This document shows positions 9,736 through 18,100 of a stretch of 62,207 nucleotides of DNA, one piece after another. The stretch is from a virus. The notes under the pieces were generated by a model. It had not been told where the DNA came from, ran no database searches, and worked only from the letters and a program-made list of their open reading frames with translations. Where the stretch lies: IMG/VR virus record IMGVR_UViG_3300033149_002577; one strand, written 5' to 3'. The position numbers were made by a program, and so were the translations under genes. The stretch's first letter is position 1. Each line of letters starts with the position of its first letter.

Positions 9736-10032
9736 ATGCCTCGAAAATCAGACAGAACATCGAAGGAAGGCCACGAGCTTTACAGGACATTGAAAGACAA
9801 CATCACCTCTCGGCTGTCTTGCCTCGGCGTTTCAGCCTATATCGCAAGCCGTGAATCAGGCCACAATCGAACATGGATCAGCGATTCTTTTAGGCGTTCT
9901 TCTGGCGTTTCGTTGGTTTGGTTGGCCGATATATCGAAGGTGCTGAACGTTCCGCCGGGTGACCTTCTCAAGCCTCAAGAGTTGTTTGCTCCCGGCAAAT
10001 ACCCAATCCCGGAGTGGCTGGAGCAATCTTAA
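9736..10032 (+). CDS. XRE-type helix-turn-helix regulator (candidate operator-binding protein)
   Basis: HTH-like segment VSAYIASRESGHNRTWISDSF...VSLVWLADISKVLNVPPGDLL. An operator-containing promoter lies directly upstream. Confidence 0.6.
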   Translation: MPRKSDRTSKEGHELYRTLKDNITSRLSCLGVSAYIASRESGHNRTWISDSFRRSSGVSLVWLADISKVLNVPPGDLLKPQELFAPGKYPIPEWLEQS

Positions 10033-10054
10033 GAGTCTGTGCTATCCTCGCCCT

Positions 10055-10792
10055 ATGTCGAAGCTCGTAACCGTCTCAGGAATTCTCACCGTCGAAGCTG
10101 ACACCGTTGTCACGGGGCAAGGTGTCGATGCTCGGCAAATCGCTCTCGGGCCTGGTAACTCGGCTCTGGGCGCGAAATATTACCAGGCTGTAACGAGCAC
10201 TCAGATCGATCTTGCAACCGCTGGCCTCGTCGGTGCGGCCTTCGAGGACCTCGACGTTATCGACGAGCTCACGAGGGTTGATCTTCTCTACATCAGAACA
10301 ACCGCCGAGATCGCAGTCAGGCTCTATGCCGTTCCCGCTTCGGCTGTTGCGGTGGCAGGGGTATTCCCGACCACATTCGCAGGTGCCGAAACACTGATCA
10401 CGACCATCGACGGGACGGCTGTAACCACGACGTTCCTCATCGGTGACCAGTCAGCCGCTCAGTGCGTCGCGCGCATCAATGCAGCGATGGCGCTGACAGG
10501 GATTGCAACGCCTCGGGCGAACGTTGTAGGTGGCCAGGTTTGTCTCGATGGGGTCTCCACTGCGGTGGGTTCCTCTGGCGATGGGCAGTTCGCTGCCTTC
10601 ACAGGGACGGGCGCCGCTCAACTCGGTCTCGATGCCGGAAGTTCACCGACGATCACGAACGCGCAGGGCCAAGACATCCATGTGAGCGGGCTTGCGGTTT
10701 TGGAGTTCCCGTCGACTGGTGATAATGTGCTCACGAACGTATCTATTAGCGGTGTTGCTACTGTTGACGTGCTCGCCGCAGGTCGATCCTAA
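10055..10792 (+). CDS. Hypothetical structural protein (245 aa)
   Basis: ATG 10055. Ala/Thr/Gly-rich. Contains a ~80-aa module (ITTIDG..TTTF...VARINAAM...G..L.G) also present in the sheath candidate. Confidence 0.55.
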   Translation: MSKLVTVSGILTVEADTVVTGQGVDARQIALGPGNSALGAKYYQAVTSTQIDLATAGLVGAAFEDLDVIDELTRVDLLYIRTTAEIAVRLYAVPASAVAVAGVFPTTFAGAETLITTIDGTAVTTTFLIGDQSAAQCVARINAAMALTGIATPRANVVGGQVCLDGVSTAVGSSGDGQFAAFTGTGAAQLGLDAGSSPTITNAQGQDIHVSGLAVLEFPSTGDNVLTNVSISGVATVDVLAAGRS

Positions 10793-10815
10793 AAAGGATC
10801 AAGGAGAAAAACACA

Positions 10816-11475
10816 ATGGCATCCACCGTAAAAGCCGAACTGGACAAAGCAAATCCGAACAACGTGGCCGATCTTTTTCGCCTCGCGAAAATCGGTTCAG
10901 GCTTGGCCGTCACACCTCGAAGCGAGCTCGTAACCGTGGCATCCCATCTTGGCACTCTCAGCCAGCCAGCGGCGGCGATTCTTCACTGCTACGCGACCGT
11001 TGGAACTACGATGGGCGTCATGCATCCAGTGGCTTCCCTGACCACACCTTCGACGACCGAGTGCGCAGTCAACGAGGCCGGCCAAGTCGAGTTCGCCGCT
11101 GGTGATGCCGTTACGGCCGCCGAGGTAACCTATGTTCCGATCGAGGAAGATCTGATCACCGAGACCATCCCAGTCACGGCTGGCGGGCTCGGTACGTTCA
11201 ACGCGTCGAAATCCTGCGCGCAACTCGTGAGTGCAACCCTCAACTCGCCGGCGTCAGTTGCTGGCCTGAATACCGCTCTCGATAGAGGCACGCTCATCGG
11301 TGTGCTCGCCACCACGCAATGTGCGGTTCAGTTCGCTGGAACGACCGTTCAATTCTACGCCACGGACGCCGGCTCTGTCTGCACTGCTGACGTCGTTTAT
11401 CACGCGTTTCCGGGCGTTGGGACCGGAAGCAAGACAGCTCTCGGCGATCGCCTTGATGCAACCTACACCCCGTAA
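10816..11475 (+). CDS. Hypothetical structural protein (219 aa)
   Basis: AAGGAG RBS. Lies in the head-gene block. No motif recognised. Confidence 0.55.
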   Translation: MASTVKAELDKANPNNVADLFRLAKIGSGLAVTPRSELVTVASHLGTLSQPAAAILHCYATVGTTMGVMHPVASLTTPSTTECAVNEAGQVEFAAGDAVTAAEVTYVPIEEDLITETIPVTAGGLGTFNASKSCAQLVSATLNSPASVAGLNTALDRGTLIGVLATTQCAVQFAGTTVQFYATDAGSVCTADVVYHAFPGVGTGSKTALGDRLDATYTP

Positions 11476-11499
11476 ATCAATAACCAAAAAGGAGACACC

Positions 11500-12210
11500 A
11501 TGACAACGCCCGCAATCCCAGAAGGCGACGGCGTACAACCGCCTATTCCTGCGCCGCCAACGAATGCAGCCCCTGCACCGGCTCCTCCGGTCGATGAGGG
11601 CTTGAGGTTCACCCGTGAAGCCCTCGATCAAAGGCTTACCCGTGAGCGCAATAAAGCCCAGGCCGACGTGCTCAAATCCATGGGTTTCGACTCTCAAGAA
11701 AAATACGACGAATGGAAGGCGTCATACGATGAATCCGAGGCCGCAAAGGTGCAGGCTGAGCGAGAAAAGCTGAGCGAGATCGAGCGGTACAAGGCCGAGC
11801 TCGCCGACAGCGCCAAGGCCCTATCAGAGGCCAAAGCGGCCAATGAAGTTGCTCAAGCACAGGTCGAAGCCGCCAAAATCGAAGCTCATCTCAACGCTCT
11901 TTTCGCCCAAAACAAGATCAGTAATTCATCCTATGGAATGTTCAAGTTCGAGGAGAAGATCAAAGGGCTCGCCAGCGGCGAAGAACTCAATGAGCAGGAA
12001 TTTATCAACGAGTTGCTCGCCGATCCTCGAGAGGCAATAGCGCTCGGAGTAGCCGATCCCAATGCTCCACCTATGAAGATTCCTGCTACCACTGCACCGT
12101 CGAAAGATGGCCCGGCTCCGAAGGCTCCGGGGGCAGAAACGGCTAAGCATGCCTCCGAAATGACCGCTGATGAATGGACCGCATTTAAGCACAACAATCA
12201 CATCTCATAA
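11500..12210 (+). CDS. Scaffolding protein (candidate)
   Basis: AAAGGAG RBS. Ala/Glu/Lys-rich coiled coil (AKVQAEREKLSEIERYKAELADSAKALSEAKAANEVAQAQVEAAKIEAH) directly upstream of the capsid candidate. Confidence 0.55.
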   Translation: MTTPAIPEGDGVQPPIPAPPTNAAPAPAPPVDEGLRFTREALDQRLTRERNKAQADVLKSMGFDSQEKYDEWKASYDESEAAKVQAEREKLSEIERYKAELADSAKALSEAKAANEVAQAQVEAAKIEAHLNALFAQNKISNSSYGMFKFEEKIKGLASGEELNEQEFINELLADPREAIALGVADPNAPPMKIPATTAPSKDGPAPKAPGAETAKHASEMTADEWTAFKHNNHIS

Positions 12211-12345
12211 TCCGCATCAACTTGCATCTAGTGATATCGATGGTTTATTCTCGTCGTGAAGAGGAAGCCTGACGCGACGCCGGCGGTTAACGGGCGAGGG
12301 CGATAAATCCTCAGTGAAGTCGACTGCAACTGTAGGAGGAATATC

Positions 12346-13734
12346 GTGGCTGTATCACTCGTGGGTCTCAATCCACACCTGGCAAATTTGATTCAATCTG
12401 GAACGATCGAGCGTATCGTTCATGAAGCGCTCGTCGCTGAAACGCTCTATCGAACCGATGTGAAGCCCGAGATTTTCGGGGCTGGCATCGGAGAAACGAA
12501 ATTCATCACGCGACACGGCCTTCTGCCCGTGTCGATCGCGCCGTTGGACCCAAGCGTTGATCCGACTCCAAAGAACTACACGACAGAGGCGTTCACAACC
12601 GAGCTCCGAAAATATGGGGATACGGTCGATGCGTATCTACCTCACGACTACGTCGGCGTAGTCAAGGAATCAGCGGTCAAGGCGCGAGCTATCGCCATCA
12701 ACGCCGCCCAGACGATCGATCGCCTGGCACGTTCCGTTCAGTACCGAGCCTATTTCGCTGGCAATACCGTCGTGACGGCTATCGCGGCCATCGGTGCAAA
12801 CCAGATCCATCTCGCATCCTTGAACGGCTTCACGGTCGTGAATAGCGCCGCAAATGGCCGCCCCGTTGCGGTCAGCGCTGCCGATCCTCTCGCGGTCACT
12901 TTCGGGGGAACCGAGCCCACGAGAAACATCACTGCTTTCACGGCTGATGATCCGGCAGCTCCTCTTGGGTCTGGGTGGGTAACGCTCTCCGCTACCCTCA
13001 CCGTTGGGCTCACTGCTCGCGAAGCTGTGCTCGCCAACAACCGATCCACCATCATCTTCGCCGGTGGCGGAAACAACGTCGACGCAATCGGAGCTGGCGA
13101 CACACTGACGATGACTGACATCATCAACGCCGCGACTACTCTCAGGACCTCGCCGAAGGTACCGACGTTCGGCCGTGGCCTGTACCACGCTCACATTTCG
13201 CCGGCTGGTGAAGGTCAACTGCTCCTCGATCCACTCGTTCGCGGAATGGTTCAGACCGACGATATCCCAGAACTCTACAAGAACGCGGCCATCGGCGCGC
13301 TCGGTGGATCGTTGCTGCTCCGCAACTCTGAATCACCCGATTCGGTCAACGCTGGAACGCTCGTTTCGTCCGGTGCTGGCGATTCATTCGTGGCTCCCGA
13401 GGTCGGCGGTGAGGTCATCAACAACGCAGGCATCAGGCTCGGCTATACGCTCGTTTACGGTGAGGGCATGTGCTACGAGGAGTACCAACCTCCGGGCGCC
13501 ACCTCTCCCGGCGTGAGCATTTCAAGAGAAACCGTTGCAGAGCCTGCGATGTCGAGCGGGGTTTCGCTGAACACCGACAGAATCGACTTCATCATCCGAC
13601 CGCCCCTCGGTCGCCTGAATGATGAGCACGCGTTCTCCTGGAAATTCGTCGGCGATTTCGTTTGCCCGACTGATACCGTCACCCAGGCCGCGCGCTATCG
13701 CCGTGCCGTCATGATCTGCCACGCCATCGGATAA
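12346..13734 (+). CDS. Major capsid protein (candidate)
   Basis: 462-aa ORF with a GTG start and a TAGGAGG RBS, after the scaffold-like gene. Assigned by position and size. Confidence 0.5.
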   Translation: MAVSLVGLNPHLANLIQSGTIERIVHEALVAETLYRTDVKPEIFGAGIGETKFITRHGLLPVSIAPLDPSVDPTPKNYTTEAFTTELRKYGDTVDAYLPHDYVGVVKESAVKARAIAINAAQTIDRLARSVQYRAYFAGNTVVTAIAAIGANQIHLASLNGFTVVNSAANGRPVAVSAADPLAVTFGGTEPTRNITAFTADDPAAPLGSGWVTLSATLTVGLTAREAVLANNRSTIIFAGGGNNVDAIGAGDTLTMTDIINAATTLRTSPKVPTFGRGLYHAHISPAGEGQLLLDPLVRGMVQTDDIPELYKNAAIGALGGSLLLRNSESPDSVNAGTLVSSGAGDSFVAPEVGGEVINNAGIRLGYTLVYGEGMCYEEYQPPGATSPGVSISRETVAEPAMSSGVSLNTDRIDFIIRPPLGRLNDEHAFSWKFVGDFVCPTDTVTQAARYRRAVMICHAIG

Positions 13735-13761
13735 ACATTTCGCCTGTGCTATGCTCACGGC

Positions 13762-14325
13762 ATGGTGAAGAGAAAACTACCTAGGGCAAAACCTAAACAA
13801 CCCGTCAGCGTCAATGATCCATCTGATTTCGGAGACCTCGGCCCAATAGAGGCCGCTCCTGACGACGTTCGTCACGTAAAAACAGCCGAGGTTATCGCTG
13901 ATGACCACGGCGATTCAGAGCCGAAAGAGCAACCGAAACCGAAGAAGATCACTCTGAAACCGGACGATATCCTTGCGGCGATTCTCAACGGTGATGCCTC
14001 AGGACTCCCGATGAGAAAGGGCTTCTCGCCCGTGCTTCGAGGAAGTGAAATTGTCTTAGCCGGAGAGGGCTCTAAGATCACCGTTGCCCTGGCTGGCTAT
14101 GCCGTGAACTGTGAACTCGTCTCAGAGGTCCGGTTGGTAGGCTGGAGCGTTCAAGGGGCGGCCGTAGAACTCGTCGATAGATGGCGCTTGATGAATAACG
14201 TTAAGATGGCGGTCGGTGGTCGGGTCATCGAACTCAAGAAAAACAAGGAATTTTTCGGTCACCAGATCAACGTCGAAAGGCTGAAACAGGCCGGCGGGAT
14301 CGTGATCCCAATAGGTCAGAAGTAA
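13762..14325 (+). CDS. Hypothetical head-associated protein (187 aa)
   Basis: ORF in the head block with a basic, Pro-rich N-terminus. No motif recognised. Confidence 0.5.
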   Translation: MVKRKLPRAKPKQPVSVNDPSDFGDLGPIEAAPDDVRHVKTAEVIADDHGDSEPKEQPKPKKITLKPDDILAAILNGDASGLPMRKGFSPVLRGSEIVLAGEGSKITVALAGYAVNCELVSEVRLVGWSVQGAAVELVDRWRLMNNVKMAVGGRVIELKKNKEFFGHQINVERLKQAGGIVIPIGQK

Positions 14326-14331
14326 TCCACG

Positions 14332-14727
14332 ATGGCGCTCACTGAAACAGAGGGCTCTTTGGTCCGTCGCTACCTCGGTTACCCAAACTGGGAAAACCTC
14401 GCACTGGCATGGGGCTTGAGCTTCCCGACAGCGATTGAGCCGAGCTACTACATTAACAACGCGATGGACCGGATCACGGACGAGGGAGAAGCGCTTATCC
14501 GCCGTGACCTTCGAGAGCTCCAGACCATAGAAAACCAGATAAGCGAAGCAAGGTGCCGGCTCAAGGCCGTAAAGATCGGTGATATCACTTTGAACTCAGA
14601 AGAAATCCCAGCGCTCCGTGGTGAAATGAACCATTGGAAAAACCAACTTGCTGATGATTTCGGATCAATTCTCAACCCATTTAGAAAAAACGTCGGCGGG
14701 TCGCGTAACGGCTCAGTCGTCGGATAA
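14332..14727 (+). CDS. Hypothetical protein (131 aa)
   Basis: ORF in the structural block. No motif recognised. Confidence 0.5.
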   Translation: MALTETEGSLVRRYLGYPNWENLALAWGLSFPTAIEPSYYINNAMDRITDEGEALIRRDLRELQTIENQISEARCRLKAVKIGDITLNSEEIPALRGEMNHWKNQLADDFGSILNPFRKNVGGSRNGSVVG

Positions 14728-14736
14728 GGAACGAAA

Positions 14737-15174
14737 ATGACCAAGGCAAATTCCTGGGAAGAAGGACTCCTCGACCTCCTGTTCATGAACGACGACTTTC
14801 TCGAAGTCGGAAACGCAGGCGGGCTACTCCAGAGCTCGGCCGATGGCGATCTGTTCGTCTCGCTCCACACTGGAGACCCTGGCGAAGCCGGCGATCAAGA
14901 AACCAGCGAAATCACCTACACCTCTTACGCTCGCGTATCCGTCGCTCGTGATGGTGCTGCTTGGGTAAGGACCGGCTCATCCGTCAGTCCGAACGCGGCA
15001 ATAACTTTTCCCGCAGGAACGGGCGGGAGTGGCACGGCGACGCACTTCGGCATCGGAACGCTGACTTCCGGAACAGGGACACTGCTGTATTCCGGGACCG
15101 TTACGCCGAACATCGTCTGCGGTTCAGGAGTGACACCACAACTCACCACGGCCACCGCAGTCACTGAAGACTAG
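14737..15174 (+). CDS. Conserved phage structural protein of unknown role (145 aa)
   Basis: Pattern LLDLLF...YTSYARVSV...W...ITFPAGTGGSGTATHFGIG resembles a widespread phage virion-protein family whose name I cannot place. Confidence 0.5.
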   Translation: MTKANSWEEGLLDLLFMNDDFLEVGNAGGLLQSSADGDLFVSLHTGDPGEAGDQETSEITYTSYARVSVARDGAAWVRTGSSVSPNAAITFPAGTGGSGTATHFGIGTLTSGTGTLLYSGTVTPNIVCGSGVTPQLTTATAVTED

Positions 15175-15182
15175 GCCGAACA

Positions 15183-18100
15183 GTGGCGACTGAAAGACAG
15201 CCGCCAGATGCTGTTCTGGCATCAACCAATTATTCAACTCTCAACGTTGGTGACATCGACGAAGATCCCGATAGCCCTGACGGGTCATGGGGAGCATGGG
15301 ACGGTCGCGGCGATACTATTTGCGGCACCTCGTTTGGAACGCCCACTGGAACACCAAACGAGGGCGCCGAACTCCAAGAATTTCGGGTTCTAGCCAGGAA
15401 AACCGCGAGCGGAACAGTCGATCCGACATATTCGCTCGAACTCTGGGAGGATGGCGGACAGGTCAGTGTCCTTGCTACCGGAACCTTAACCGATTCAGAC
15501 CTAGATCCTGGAACAGTCATCGGAGGACTGTGGGATGCAACCTCGCTCGGGACTGCTGACGGCAGTTTGGTCGAGTGTTATTTCATCCAAACCAATGGCG
15601 GCGATGGCGGTTCAACTCGGCGAGGGATCGAAGTTGGTGCCGTCGAGTGGAATGTTGACTATTCCGCAGCGGCAACGCCGGGTGCCGGGGAATCTGATGG
15701 GACCTCTGAAGCTCTAGCCACCGGCGCTTCAACAGCGGTAGCCCCTGGCATATCAGCCGGCACCTCGACATCTGAAGCGACCGGAGAAGCGACGGCTGAA
15801 TCGGTTGGAGCAGATGCCGACGGAACCTCGGCATCGCTTGCGACCGGAGAGGCGATATTAAACGCCGTTGGCTCAAGCGATGGAACCTCAACCACGCTCG
15901 GAACCGGGCTATCGACTGCTGCTGCTGACGGCGATGCACCTGGCACGAGTGAAGCTCTGGCAACTGGCGAATCGACGGTTGAAAGCGATGGCTTGGCTGA
16001 AGGCACCTCAACCGCCACGGCGATCGGCGCTTCATCTGCTTTCACGGTTGGAGACAGCGACGGAACCTCAACAGCCACGTCCGTGGGTCTCGCCGTTACT
16101 ATGGGCGAAGGGCTCAGCGACGGCACCTCAACGGCTGATGCAGTCGGAGCAGCGACTGCTGACGCTGACGGCTCAAGCGTCGGAACTTCCACCGCAACTG
16201 CCACCGGAGAGGCTACCAGCGAGGCCGAGGGCTCAATCACGGGGCTATCGACTTCCGGCGCGACTGGAACGTCAGAGGCCGACGCCGTTGGGTCCAGTGA
16301 CGGCACTTCCACCGCGGACGCCACCGGATTAGCCGTTACCCTCGGAGCAGGCTCATCAGACGGGACCTCGACCGCCACGGCTCAAGGCGTATCGACTGCC
16401 GATGCTGCCGGCACGAGTTCTGGAACTTCGACATCCAATGCTGTTGGGGCGTCCACGAGCACCACGGTCGGGACAAGCACCGGAGCTTCCACGGCGCTAG
16501 CAGTCGCGAGTTTAGAGGGCTCAGTCGGAGTGTCCGACGGCACCTCTACAGCAACGGCAACAGGACTCTCAACGGCTGATAGCACCGGAGCTTCGACGGG
16601 CACGTCAACCGCCTCAGCAACCGGCCTCTCAGTATCAGATAGCGTCGGAACCTCCACGGGAACCTCAACGGCTACGGCTGCCGGACTCTCTGTCGTTATC
16701 GGAACCGGTTCATCGGCCGGAACATCGACATCGCTTGCAACTGGCCTCTCGCAGGCCGAGAGCGACGGAACCTCAACGGGTACTTCCACGTCACTGGCGA
16801 CTGGAGTAGCCCTGAACGAGGCCGTGGGGGCATCAGTCGGCACCTCAACGGCCGCTGCCATTGCAAGCGCTTTCGGATCTGTCGGTTTCTCGGCTGGAAC
16901 CTCGATAGCAGCGGCGTTCATCACGGCGATCGTTAGCTCCGTTGGATTCTCTGCCGGAGCATCAACAGTCGTTGCTGAAGGGGTTTCTGATGTCGCCTCT
17001 GAAGGGCTTTCTGATGGCGCTGCAATCGTTGCCGGGGTCGGTGATTCAACGGTAGCGCCCTATCGATTATGGCCTCCGGCTGATATCGAGATCGACGCAT
17101 CGTTGGCAGAGATTGAGATAGTCGCGGCCGTCGCTTCAACTGTCCCGAAAAACGCGGAGTTAGCTTCAATGCCTATTTCTATCGAGGCTTCCATCACTGA
17201 CATTGTCTCGATTGAAGCTTCCATTTCGTCGTTTACGCAAACGATTTTACTGTCTAATGGTGCCTCAATTGGTGATTCGATTTCGATCGCTATCGGCGAG
17301 TCATACGCCGAGACCGTCGGCGTCAGTGACGGCACCTCAACGGTCACGGCTGTTGTGGCCACGTCGGAAGGCGTCGGCGTATCTGACGGCACCTCAACGG
17401 TCGCCGCGACAGGTGCATCGTTGTTTGTTGCCACCGGAACTTCCGCAGGGACCTCGACGGCAACAGCATTCACCTCATCTGAAGGCGTCGGCGTATCTGA
17501 CGGCACTTCAACTGCTCTTGCCGTTGGAACTGGGATATTTGTTTCAGAGGGCTCTTCTGTTGGCACCTCAACGTCACTGGCTGTCGGAGCCTCGGCTGTT
17601 GTTTCAGTCGGCGTTTCGACTGGCACGTCAACATCAGTTGCAACGGGCGGATCGACGTTTGTTTCTGTTGGCACATCAGACGGAGTTTCAACATCGATAG
17701 CCGTCGGCGCATCTTCCGCGGCCTCATTGGGCTCCTCGATTGGCACCTCGACATCATTGGCAATCGGCGAGTCGTCTGCGGTTTCGGTGGGTGCATCAGC
17801 CGGAGCCTCGGCAGTCACCGCTGAAGCAGGATATTCAGGCATTTCGATTGGAACTTCGACGGCAACCGCGATCGGCTTGTCATCAGTTGCTTCCGTCGGC
17901 GTCAGTGACGGCACCTCAACCGCCACAGCGATCGCTACGGCATCAGAGGGCGTCGGCGTCAGTGATGGCACCTCAACAGCAACTGCAATCGGCGTATCCA
18001 CTGCGGTTTCAGAGGGGATATCTGATGGGGCTTCAACTGCGGTTTCCATCGGTGAATCAACTGCGGTATCGGCTGGCATATCAAATGGAACATCGACAGC